From IMG/VR virus record IMGVR_UViG_3300020577_014021: a stretch of DNA of 64,000 bases; one strand, 5' to 3'. Source of the stretch: a virus. Its lineage: Duplodnaviria > Caudoviricetes. This document shows positions 50,801-60,871 of the stretch, piece by piece. Every line of letters begins with the position of its first letter. The stretch's first letter is position 1. The position numbers were made by a program, and so were the translations under genes. The notes under the pieces were generated by a model. That model worked only from the letters and a program-made list of their open reading frames with translations, did no database searches and was not told where the DNA came from.

Positions 50801-51031
50801 TTAATCATCAAAATCATCAAATGCAAAATACAAACCCCTGACAACTCTATCCATAACCATATCTAAATCAATACGTGTCCAATTTTGCCATTTTTCTTTT
50901 TTATCCCATAACGCTTGATTTTTACGTGGATGTTTTAAAGACTTACCTTGTTTTGTTTTGCCATATGTAAAATCTTCAGTTAAACACTTAAGAATTTTCT
51001 TTTTGCACAATTGAAGTTCTTTTTTGGTCAT
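50801..51031 (-). CDS. hypothetical protein
   Basis: ORF track. Confidence 0.6.
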   Translation of the reverse strand: MTKKELQLCKKKILKCLTEDFTYGKTKQGKSLKHPRKNQALWDKKEKWQNWTRIDLDMVMDRVVRGLYFAFDDFDD

Positions 51032-51054
51032 ATTAATTTTACTTAATTGGCAAA

Positions 51055-51726
51055 TTAAAATTCACTGTTCAGTAAATAAGGTTTAACTTCTAAAAAACCC
51101 AATGCGTCAGAAACAATGGGCATCTCTTGAATAAAAATCTTTTTACATTCCTCAGCAATCAATCGATGTTCTTTCTGAGTATCTTCTTTTGTTCTTAATT
51201 GAATATAATGAATCCAACTACGAATATTCCCAGCCATATACAAACGAGTTTTTGTACAAAGAGGCAAAATCATACGCGCACATTCTTTAGCAACGCTAGC
51301 TTCAATTAAAGAATTATATGCATCTTTTATGGTGTGTAATATCTCTTCTATTCTATTTTTAGACGATGTAATAGAAAAACCAGGCACGACGGGGTTAAAA
51401 ACTTCTGCACTGCTCTGCCGATTTTTGTCTGCTTTCTTCCGCAATTCAACTTCTTCAAACTCTGTTACAACGCTATAGCGTTGGCTAAACTCTTGAAAAG
51501 AAAACGATCGGTGCCGCAAGATTTGCGCTGCTATAGCTCTAGATGTTTCAATTTCTAAAACCATATGACCCATCTCAAAAGGCGACCAATGTTCATGGTT
51601 AATTAAATACTGAAGCAATTTAGGAGCTGTATCAAAATTGTCTTGATTCTTAGGATTACTTACTCTTGCACAATAACTAATAAGCTCTTCAACCTTAGAT
51701 GTTATAGACACTAATTTAACCTGCAT
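51055..51726 (-). CDS. thyX: flavin-dependent thymidylate synthase
   Basis: HWSPFE, QILRHRSFSFQEFSQRY, ARMILP, TQKEHR. Confidence 0.96.
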   Translation of the reverse strand: MQVKLVSITSKVEELISYCARVSNPKNQDNFDTAPKLLQYLINHEHWSPFEMGHMVLEIETSRAIAAQILRHRSFSFQEFSQRYSVVTEFEEVELRKKADKNRQSSAEVFNPVVPGFSITSSKNRIEEILHTIKDAYNSLIEASVAKECARMILPLCTKTRLYMAGNIRSWIHYIQLRTKEDTQKEHRLIAEECKKIFIQEMPIVSDALGFLEVKPYLLNSEF

Positions 51727-53077
51727 TCACAACCTCAGCTTGCTCATCTTCAATATTTTGTACAGCTTCGTCATTATTCATATTGCTTTCATGCAATAAA
51801 AATTGTTTTGATTTAATCTTAAAAATATTAGGCCTTGGATAAAAATCTCTTCTAATACAAAAACCTTCTTCAACCACTGAATTATCTAAAATAGATGGTT
51901 TTTCCAATAAATGATTATAAAAAATCTCAGTTAAATATTCAGTTTTTGTAGATTCATCAACAACACTATTTTTTAACTCATTTGATATACACGTGTTTGT
52001 AAGACAATATCCTATAAAATCACGCAACGTACCTTTAAAAAATTCAGGACATACATTAACACCTAACTGTTCTGCTCTTTTCTTCATATGCTCATAAGGC
52101 AAATCAATTTCAATGCCTTGTGGATTAATATTGCTAATTCTATATACATAAACCATAGGCTTATTAAAACCATAAGTATAATTATGCTGAATGCTTTCTC
52201 CGCTGTAACTTTTACCTACGATCTCACAATAAACAGCCTCCCCCTGAAAAAGCTTACCTTCAAAATACTCTTTGCCTACCATGGTCCAAATATCACCTGA
52301 ACTATAAAAATCATTTTTATTACTCAGTCTTTCAAAACCGACTGATTTATAAACACGCCTACTAGCACAAATTTGTGCATATTCTTCAGTTTGTACCTTA
52401 ATACCTAAGCATTTAGCAATTCTTTCAAAAACAGACAATTTACGCTTCACTAAAGTATTAAAATAACGCGCGGATGTACCATGTAATTTATATGTTACAA
52501 AAATTGTATCATCTAAACTCATTTTATCTACATATTTTAACAAATGTTCTGTATCAAAATGTTCCGGGGCCAATTTAAGATCAACCATTTCATCAATCAA
52601 TTTCTGCTTCTTGTTTTCCTCGTGTGTTCTAAGATTTCTTTTCTTTTTAAGATACTTATGACAAATCGGTTGCCCATTAATTAAATTAAATTCTTGACCA
52701 CACTCAAAATTAGAAACATCCAAACCCAAATATGACAATGCTTCAATTCCTATAACAAAACCACTGCTAATGACCCCCTTAAATTTAAGGGCTTTAACTC
52801 GCTTATTATCTTCAAAAAAACCTTTTTTAGCCTTATCTAAGTTTAGATCATTGTGTCTATATAAATTATTATTAGATAAAAATTCATGTGAAAGAACAGA
52901 TTCAACAGGAAAAAACAAATACAAAGAATGTTCATCAGCATCTTTACTAATAAGACAAGAATTACCTTGTACATTTACTTCAACTAAATTATCTAAACCT
53001 TTAACCATCAACTTATTGGGTAATTTAATAACTTGACAAGCATAATTTTTACTATCTTCTAATATTTCTAATTTCAT
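51716..53077 (-). CDS. ATP-dependent RNA ligase (Rnl2/DRB0094-like)
   Basis: N-terminal OB-like module (RVKALKFKGVISSG), motif I TYKLHGT, YCEIVG, EEGFCIR, FKIKS. Confidence 0.82.
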   Translation of the reverse strand: MKLEILEDSKNYACQVIKLPNKLMVKGLDNLVEVNVQGNSCLISKDADEHSLYLFFPVESVLSHEFLSNNNLYRHNDLNLDKAKKGFFEDNKRVKALKFKGVISSGFVIGIEALSYLGLDVSNFECGQEFNLINGQPICHKYLKKKRNLRTHEENKKQKLIDEMVDLKLAPEHFDTEHLLKYVDKMSLDDTIFVTYKLHGTSARYFNTLVKRKLSVFERIAKCLGIKVQTEEYAQICASRRVYKSVGFERLSNKNDFYSSGDIWTMVGKEYFEGKLFQGEAVYCEIVGKSYSGESIQHNYTYGFNKPMVYVYRISNINPQGIEIDLPYEHMKKRAEQLGVNVCPEFFKGTLRDFIGYCLTNTCISNELKNSVVDESTKTEYLTEIFYNHLLEKPSILDNSVVEEGFCIRRDFYPRPNIFKIKSKQFLLHESNMNNDEAVQNIEDEQAEVVNAG

Positions 53078-53373
53078 ATTTTAACCTTTTTTAAAATAAA
53101 AATAAATTTACCACCGCGGTGGCTAGATTGCCATAATTGATGCCAAACTATAAAATTTTTTGAAAAAGCATCAATTAATTCTTCGTTTCCTGACCATCCA
53201 CCAGTAATAAAAACATATTGATATTCATCATCAGAAATTTTTCTTATATCTACTTTTCCATAATCATCATTCCATTCATCAACAACAAAATCTAACAAAT
53301 TTGCTAAATCACTATTCCAATTTTTTATTTTTTCTAAAATTTCATCAGAAGGATATTCATCATTCATAATCAA
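53074..53373 (-). CDS. conserved phage hypothetical protein
   Basis: TGGWSGNEELI...WQSSHRGG. Confidence 0.7.
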   Translation of the reverse strand: MIMNDEYPSDEILEKIKNWNSDLANLLDFVVDEWNDDYGKVDIRKISDDEYQYVFITGGWSGNEELIDAFSKNFIVWHQLWQSSHRGGKFIFILKKVKI

Positions 53374-56300
53374 TTACATTTAGTCCAACCACAATTTTTA
53401 CAAATTACACAACCATCACCACGTTCTAACGAAGAAGATTGACAAGAAGCACAAGTTTCTCCATGTACCTTTGTACCATCCTTTATATACTTTTTCAAGG
53501 TTCTTGAAATAACTTTGGCAAAAGCACTCATATCACCCTTGGTTTTTTCAAGTTGATGAACAACAAAAGAAATATCTGCCCCATGACGCAAAGAAGTAGA
53601 AATCATTCTCGTTAATGCTTCAGCATTATCATCACTATGACCATTATTTAATACATATTTTTTATCATTATTAATATCAACCAACTCATACAATCCACGT
53701 TTTATTTTTTTAATAAAAAGATTATCACCCAAATCATCAGGTAAAATTCTAATAACTTCTTCTCTATTATCCCCCGTAAATGGTGCCCATTCCAAATTTT
53801 TTCCAGTAAAAACTTCATAAGGTTCATTGTTTAATAAACCAATCACTACATAATATGATTCACCTTTAGTTTTTACAAAATAAGCATCTGCCTTTAATTC
53901 ATTAGGCCGTTTAGGGGCATCATTTTTAATAATACTTTCTTTTTTAACCTCAGGTTTATCAATTAAAACACCGGCACGACAATTTTTACGATAAACCGTA
54001 ATTCCTTTTACGCCAGCTTTCCAAGCAGTCGTATAAATTTCAGCTACTTTATCTTCAGTTACATCTTCAGGCAAATTAATCGTCGATGAAATAGCATGAT
54101 CAAGGTGACACTGCATAGCAGCTTGCAATCTAACACGATTTTTCCAATCAATTTCATCAGCTGTACACTTATACCAAGGAGACTTAGTTAAATCAGTTTC
54201 ACCTGTTACTTGCATCCATTCCCTGATCTTTGGATGATAAACTTCAAAATGTTGCCATTTTTGACCCAATTCATCCACAAAATCTACTTTCACATTTTCA
54301 TCACTCAAATTAATTTTTTTACGACGTGTATAGCTCATCATAAACAACGGTTCAATGCCTGATGTTGTTTGAGTCAAAATACTAACACTACCCGTAGGAG
54401 CAATTGTTAAATGACCGATATTTCGGCGACCATATTTAGACATATCCTCATACAATTGATGGTCTTCTTTTTGAATAGGCAATAAAAATTCAGAATCTTT
54501 TTCCTTATTCCAATCCCAAACAGGAAATGGGCCAATTTCTTTTGCCATATCTACAGAACCACGTAAAACCCCCAATTTTTGCGTTTTAGCAATTTTTTCT
54601 GCTAATTGAATACTCTCTTCACTAGCATAAGGAATATTTAAAGCTGCAAATACATCGCCTAATGCTGTAATGCCACAACCCGTACGGCGTCCATCTATAC
54701 ACTTAACTCTTATTTTTTCCCAAAGTTTCAATTCACGTTGTTTAATTTCTTCTGATTCAGGATCAGATTTAATTTTACCAATAATCAAATCAATTTTTTC
54801 AAGCTCTAAATCAATCACATCATCCATGATTCTTTGCAAAATTTGAGCATGCTTATAAAACAATTCAAAATCAAAAAAAGCATCCTTTGTAAATGGTTTA
54901 TTCACATAACCATACAAATTTTGAACCATTAGGCGACAAGAATCATAAGAACAAAGTGGCAATTCTGAGTTGCCCGATATAATACCATTTGCAACAAATC
55001 TATGATAATTTTCAACCTCTATACATCCAACTTCTTCAATACCAACAGAGTCAATAGAAACAATAAATGTATGAGTTTCTTCTTTTTTAGCTAAATATCC
55101 AGATCTATAATCTGACTCATATTGTTCTCCAGGTTTAAGGTATGGATTCCATATGCGAGGTTCTATGTTGTGCAAATCAACTGCATCTCCAATAGATAAA
55201 TTTTTTAATTCAACTAATTCAAAACCACAATGTAAAAATTCTCTTTCATTTTCTAATTGCAAAAACTGTTTTTTACATTTTTTCAAATAAACTTTTGCTA
55301 ATTTATGATTCGCAGTGATATACAATTCTTTTTTATTAGAAAACTTTACCCTAAAAATTTCTGCCATTCCAGCATCAAAATAACCACTAGTTTTAGCCCA
55401 AATATTTACATCACTAACCCAAACCAAGTCATCTTTAACAATATCTTTTATTTCTTTAATACCATTATTAGTGATAACTAAAACACTTTTAGATTTAGCA
55501 AAACAGCAAGGATTTGTACTTGTTGTTTTAAAACCTTTATCAGCATAACAATCAATAGCATTAAAATTAATAATACGATCCCAAAACAAAATACCAGGTT
55601 CTGCCCTTAACCAAGCATTGTGAATAATCGCGTTCCACAATTCCCTTGCTTTAACTTTATTTTTAAACAAAGGATTTTCTGATTCTACAGGCCATCGTAA
55701 TTCAAAATCAGCATCTTCATCAACCGCTTTTAAAAATTCATCAGATAAGCGTACCGAAATATTAGCACCCGTAACTTTTTTATTATCATTTTTTGCAGTA
55801 ATAAAATCCATGATTTGAGGATGATAAATAGAAGAAGTCAGCATCAACGCCCCTCTTCTTCCTTCTTGCCCTACCTCATTAATGGTATTTGAATACCTAT
55901 CCATATAAGGTAAATAACCAGTTGAATATTTAGAAGAATTACGTGTAGGAAATTTATTAGGCCTAATTGGAGAAATATCTGTGCCTACTCCACCACGACG
56001 TTTACTAATCTGTGCAATTTCTTCATCTGCCCTTAAAATACCACCATAGCTATCTTCTGGTGAATCTATTACATAACAATTGCTTAATGTACTAAATTTG
56101 AATGAATTACCAAGTCCATACATGATACTACCTTGCATAACCAGATATTTAAAATTTTTAAGTAAAGAAAAAATAAAATCTGCCGAATAAGGTTCTTTAA
56201 ATTTTATAGATTCAATACGTGCAATTTCATAAGCCTGACGCCAATGCATATCATTGGGACTATTTTCTAAATATTCATTTTTATCATTTTGTAAACAATA

Positions 56301-56402
56301 TTTATCTACAAAAACCTTAGCCGCCAGATCATCACCATTAAAATATTCTTTTGATTTTTGAAGAGAATACTCATACGTACCAGATTTCATAGAAACTGTC
56401 AT
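53370..56402 (-). CDS. nrdJ: class II (B12-dependent) ribonucleotide reductase with mini-intein
   Basis: LSNCYV, RRGALM, ANISV, EPGILF, NPC|intein|SE, IAPTGS, GIEP, AISSTINLP, C-terminal CxxC/CxxC. Confidence 0.92.
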   Translation of the reverse strand: MTVSMKSGTYEYSLQKSKEYFNGDDLAAKVFVDKYCLQNDKNEYLENSPNDMHWRQAYEIARIESIKFKEPYSADFIFSLLKNFKYLVMQGSIMYGLGNSFKFSTLSNCYVIDSPEDSYGGILRADEEIAQISKRRGGVGTDISPIRPNKFPTRNSSKYSTGYLPYMDRYSNTINEVGQEGRRGALMLTSSIYHPQIMDFITAKNDNKKVTGANISVRLSDEFLKAVDEDADFELRWPVESENPLFKNKVKARELWNAIIHNAWLRAEPGILFWDRIINFNAIDCYADKGFKTTSTNPCCFAKSKSVLVITNNGIKEIKDIVKDDLVWVSDVNIWAKTSGYFDAGMAEIFRVKFSNKKELYITANHKLAKVYLKKCKKQFLQLENEREFLHCGFELVELKNLSIGDAVDLHNIEPRIWNPYLKPGEQYESDYRSGYLAKKEETHTFIVSIDSVGIEEVGCIEVENYHRFVANGIISGNSELPLCSYDSCRLMVQNLYGYVNKPFTKDAFFDFELFYKHAQILQRIMDDVIDLELEKIDLIIGKIKSDPESEEIKQRELKLWEKIRVKCIDGRRTGCGITALGDVFAALNIPYASEESIQLAEKIAKTQKLGVLRGSVDMAKEIGPFPVWDWNKEKDSEFLLPIQKEDHQLYEDMSKYGRRNIGHLTIAPTGSVSILTQTTSGIEPLFMMSYTRRKKINLSDENVKVDFVDELGQKWQHFEVYHPKIREWMQVTGETDLTKSPWYKCTADEIDWKNRVRLQAAMQCHLDHAISSTINLPEDVTEDKVAEIYTTAWKAGVKGITVYRKNCRAGVLIDKPEVKKESIIKNDAPKRPNELKADAYFVKTKGESYYVVIGLLNNEPYEVFTGKNLEWAPFTGDNREEVIRILPDDLGDNLFIKKIKRGLYELVDINNDKKYVLNNGHSDDNAEALTRMISTSLRHGADISFVVHQLEKTKGDMSAFAKVISRTLKKYIKDGTKVHGETCASCQSSSLERGDGCVICKNCGWTKCN
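54969..55505 (-). mobile_element. mini-intein (179 aa) in NrdJ
   Basis: CFAKSKSVLV start; ITANHKL; VGCIEVENYHRFVANGIISGN|S. Confidence 0.85.
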
Positions 56403-56718
56403 GTAATAACCCTTATAAAAATTAAATATTAGAGAAAAATATTTGCCAGGAAGGTTCAGACCATTTACATTTTAAAATATTACAGCAAAAATTTTTCATC
56501 AAATCAATTTTCTCAGAGTTAAATTCATATGAATTATTTTTATTATCACAGAAGGTGTCTTTTATAATTAAAAAGAAAGATGACTCATCATCAAAGTCAC
56601 AAGAGATTATGTCTAATTGATTAACCTCTAACTGCTTCTTGAGTTGTACATCATCTATATATGTAAATCTTCCTAAATCAACACCATAAAAAAAAGTTGC
56701 ATTTTTTAATAGCATACA

Positions 56719-57282
56719 TTAATTAAAAAAAGAATGACCAATACAAATAGCATCTGCCATATCATTATCTTTATGTTTCAAATTTAAAGAAAATGTATTA
56801 TTAGCATAAGCTACAGCTAAATGTTTTGGAGTGACCCTACCAATTCTTTTTCCATTTTGCAATACATTTTTCTGACCATTTTGATGTTGTTGCACAACAA
56901 ATTTATTTTGTTTTTTTTGTTCTTTGGTTAATTGTAATTGCAATTTTTTACGCCATTTAAATGTATCTACATATTCAATTTTTTCAATTAAATTATTTTG
57001 AAAAAATTTATGCAAAATACCAAAATGCAACCATTCTAAAAATGTCTGATGAATTCTATTCCTACCTAAATTAGTCTGTTCAATCACAAATTTATCAACA
57101 AAATTATATTGAGCACATACTTTTAAAATTTCATCTGCTGTTTTTATAGCCCAATCATAAATACCCCATGGATATTCATCTGATTGATGTTTAATATTTA
57201 AAATTCCAAAACCTAGCAAATTTCCATCTTTAAATAAAGACCAACCTGTATGACTTGAAAGATCTAATCCCAAAACAATCAT
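56719..57282 (-). CDS. RuvC-like Holliday junction resolvase
   Basis: VLGLDLSSHTGWS, VIEQ, DMADAICIG. Confidence 0.85.
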   Translation of the reverse strand: MIVLGLDLSSHTGWSLFKDGNLLGFGILNIKHQSDEYPWGIYDWAIKTADEILKVCAQYNFVDKFVIEQTNLGRNRIHQTFLEWLHFGILHKFFQNNLIEKIEYVDTFKWRKKLQLQLTKEQKKQNKFVVQQHQNGQKNVLQNGKRIGRVTPKHLAVAYANNTFSLNLKHKDNDMADAICIGHSFFN

Positions 57283-59004
57283 TATTCCACATTTCTTTTA
57301 CGATATTTTCTTTTAGGTTCAATACCCTGCTGGCTTTCTTCTTCAATTTTTGCATCAGACAAATTAGACATCATCACATTTAACGAATTTTCATCTTGTG
57401 TATCAATTAAAAATGCATTACACATAAAAAACTTTTGATATTCATCAATTAAATATTTACTCAAAGCAGGAACCACTACTACACAATTCAAATAAGACTC
57501 ATCAGGAGTTTCTTTGGCTTGTTTAATATAATTAACTTTATTAAATAAGGCCTGCAAAAAATGGCCTTCTGGAATTTCATTTATAGGATAAAGTTGACTT
57601 TCAATCATATATTCAATAGAATCAGTCAAACTTTTCAAATCTTGAATTGTATGAATACAATCCCTACGTAATTCAATTTTTGGTGTGGAGGAACTAATGA
57701 CACCTATTTCTTCTTCAACATTATCCAAAATATCATTTAAAACAGCCATCAAATTAGCATTAAAGTGATCGCCCACTCTTACAGCAGGCATCAAAAAATT
57801 AGCAATTTTCAATGCCATATCTGTATGATGCATTAAAATACACTTTTTATCTTTAACTAATTCTTCCACTGTATTATTGCGATCAATTACTAAATACAAT
57901 TTAGTTTTTTGTAGTAAAAGTTCTACGTACTCTTTTTCAAGTTTTTCTAAATCAATCTTAGCCTGATTTTTCTGCATTATCATGGAAGGCATATTTTTCT
58001 TAAAATGAGCAGAACGAATTTCCCATTGCTCATATTCTTGAGCTAGTTGTTCTTGCGTCATTTTAGAATTTTCTAATTTTGATTTAAAAACAGGCGTTTG
58101 ACAATCTGTATTAATAATATATTCGCAATGTTCAATTTTTTTCCTAATAACATCTAACATACAAACCTCTATTTAGTTAATTGACAAATTTGACTTTAAT
58201 TTATAAATGATGTTATTGTATATACTATCAAATTCATCCAAAGTCAATTTTAAAAATTGAGCTATAGTTTTATCTGTTAACTTAATTTTCTCTTTTTTAA
58301 GTAATTTTTTTAAAGAAAAAGAATATTTCCTAGACCAAATAAAATCTGGATCAGTTAAAATTCTTTGTTTGATTTCTTTTTCACTTAAACAAAAAACACA
58401 TTTTTTATTTTTAACTAAATTAAAGTTTGTTTTAGAGGTTACTTTTTTATATGGCATATTAGGCAACAGGCACATCAACCCGATCTGCAAGTTCATAAAT
58501 TTCTAAAATATGAAAAGTATTATTAACCATTGTAGATTCTGTGTCAGAACCTACTTTATTCTCAATAACCACAGAAGAACCAACTTTTTGCCCAATAAAT
58601 TTATTTTTAAATTCTTCTTTAACTTCTGCCAAAGGCATAGAAATTTTTCTATTAATTTCTTTGCTATCCTGCCCATATTGCCTACAAACAACTACGCTAT
58701 TTCCAGTAGCTACATCAACAGATTTAAGAAATCCTTTTTCAACTTGTTGCTTCATGAAATGATCTAGTTGAGCAACCCTGATATTAATCAAACAATCATA
58801 AATATTTTCCATGTTTAAAACACGTCCTTCTTCAATGGTTTTAAACAAAGCACTTAGGTTTTGAGCATTTTGCTCAACCGCAGATCTTAAATTCTTAAAA
58901 TCTTGAACCATTTGGCTAACAACAGTAGTCAAACGATCAATTTCAGAAATTTTGTTATTGGAATTGGAAAGAAGAACTTCGTCTAAATTAACTTGCTCAG
59001 ACAT
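57282..59004 (-). other. three hypothetical ORFs (57282, 58173, 58459)
   Basis: ORF track, same strand. Confidence 0.6.
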
Positions 59005-59016
59005 GAAATAAATTCC

Positions 59017-59062
59017 TTTATATGGGTTAAATAATACATAATTTATTATAAACCCATATAAA
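59017..59062. terminator. hairpin downstream of the SSB gene
   Basis: TTTATATGGGTT/AACCCATATAAA. Confidence 0.5.
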
Positions 59063-59091
59063 AGAAAGTAAACATTTTATATTACTTTTTT

Positions 59092-60225
59092 TCAAAAAGG
59101 AATCTGATCATCATCTTTCATCATACTTTTCAATTCATCATTTGAAGGAACATAGCCAGGTGATGAATTGTTTTTAACAGCAGAAAATTGCTGATGCTCT
59201 TGATTAAAATCATTATTAACAGGAGCAGAATTGTTTTGTTTATTCTTCCTGTGAGGTGCATTTAAAACAGCACTAACGGCTTGAGGGGAACCATCAACGA
59301 CAATTTTTTGATCATTTAAACTTAAAGTCAAATGATCAAACATAGTCAAAAGATTTTGGCACTTAACCAAAGCAAGCTTCTTTTGTTCTTTGGTCAAAGG
59401 AGCCTTCTTTATGCTTTTAAATCTTTTTCCTTCATGAAGAACTGCTTCTTCAACAACAGAAGTACGATATTTAATATCCATGAAAGTAGTGCCTGTACGT
59501 GTGATATTAAACCAAACACCTTCATTAGGAGAAAGTGGATCAATATTTTCATTGTTTTTCAATTCATGAAAAAGACCATTTTCACGTCGACCTGTTTTAG
59601 ATTTTTTACCAACTAGTTCTTCATAAACAGTTTTCTTTAAAGGTAAAATTCCAAAATTTCCAGCCTGATCCATTGCATTAACATAAAATGCAGTATTCCT
59701 AGTTCTAACACGTTCTTTTAACTCAAAACGTTTAGCTTCTAAAGAATCAAGTTGGGCTTGCGCCTTTTCCATTTCATTTATTAAACCTTGCTGATGCAAA
59801 TTATCAACCATAGACTTTAGTTCTAAAAGTTTTTTCTCTATCAAATCAAGTTCTACTTTTTTATTTTCTTGATCTTGGCAAAAAAAACATTGTCCCATGT
59901 TGCCATTTTCATCATAACGTCTAGTACAAGTAAACTTATGTTTCTTGCCACGTGCATCAATAAAACCAAAATGATCTGAGTAATATACAGCCCAAGTACC
60001 TTTTTTTAAACCGTCAAACATTGGTGGCATAATACGATAAATATTATCACCACTTACCAGTTTAAAAAATGTTCTTTTTTCAAACTGAGTCTGATTGTCA
60101 AGGTTTAAATTGCCAAACGAATCATCCAAATTATCATCTGAAGAAGCTTTAACAACTAAATTTTCATTTTCATCAACAACCATATTGTCTTCTTCATGAC
60201 CCATCTGACTATCAAGATTGTGCAT
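59092..60225 (-). CDS. single-stranded DNA-binding protein (gp32-like)
   Basis: FFKL..GDNIYRIMPP, H/C..CFFC metal site, DPL...GVWFNITRTG, acidic DDDQIPF tail. Confidence 0.75.
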   Translation of the reverse strand: MHNLDSQMGHEEDNMVVDENENLVVKASSDDNLDDSFGNLNLDNQTQFEKRTFFKLVSGDNIYRIMPPMFDGLKKGTWAVYYSDHFGFIDARGKKHKFTCTRRYDENGNMGQCFFCQDQENKKVELDLIEKKLLELKSMVDNLHQQGLINEMEKAQAQLDSLEAKRFELKERVRTRNTAFYVNAMDQAGNFGILPLKKTVYEELVGKKSKTGRRENGLFHELKNNENIDPLSPNEGVWFNITRTGTTFMDIKYRTSVVEEAVLHEGKRFKSIKKAPLTKEQKKLALVKCQNLLTMFDHLTLSLNDQKIVVDGSPQAVSAVLNAPHRKNKQNNSAPVNNDFNQEHQQFSAVKNNSSPGYVPSNDELKSMMKDDDQIPF

Positions 60226-60226
60226 G

Positions 60227-60568
60227 TTATTTCACCTCAATTAAAAATTTCTTTCGCAATCTCTGAATGGTCTTTATAGATATACCTGAATGTGTAGCAA
60301 CTTCTTTACTTGGTCGTTTTGACTTCAACATTGAAATAAAAGCAGAAGAACGCATTTTCAAGTTGTCAATCAATTGTTGAGACAAAACAACTTTTGGTTT
60401 TACTTCAGCCATCAATTTAGAAGGTTTGCTTTCTACACCAGATTTCAAGACATCACATTTTTTTTCAACAACAGAAGAACTTTTCATCACATTTTCCTTA
60501 ACAGTATTTTTATTATATTTTTTATCTAAAGTTTCCATATCCAAAGCTACCAAATCAAACTTTCCCAT
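60227..60568 (-). CDS. C-terminal HTH protein
   Basis: SKEVATHSGISIKTIQRLRK. Confidence 0.65.
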   Translation of the reverse strand: MGKFDLVALDMETLDKKYNKNTVKENVMKSSSVVEKKCDVLKSGVESKPSKLMAEVKPKVVLSQQLIDNLKMRSSAFISMLKSKRPSKEVATHSGISIKTIQRLRKKFLIEVK

Positions 60569-60834
60569 TACTGGCCTCTGCTCTCCAAAATCTTTAGTAC
60601 ATAACGACGTTGTTCTTTGTTATATTTCAGAGCATCTCTGTACCCACCATTCAAATCAGCAAGTAATTCAATAGCTTCCTGCAATTTAGCATCTTCATCT
60701 TTAGTATCTAAAATTTCACGTTCATTCTTAGCTAATACAATAATTTTTTCTTTCAACTCTTCAGTTGACATGGCCTGTACTGCATCCATAAATTCACTAC
60801 CTAAGATTTCTTTCTTTTTTCTACCTCTAGCCAT
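60568..60834 (-). CDS. hypothetical helical protein
   Basis: AAAGGA RBS. Confidence 0.65.
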   Translation of the reverse strand: MARGRKKKEILGSEFMDAVQAMSTEELKEKIIVLAKNEREILDTKDEDAKLQEAIELLADLNGGYRDALKYNKEQRRYVLKILESRGQ

Positions 60835-60871
60835 ATTTTATCCTTTTCTTTATTTTATCTCAGTATTATAA

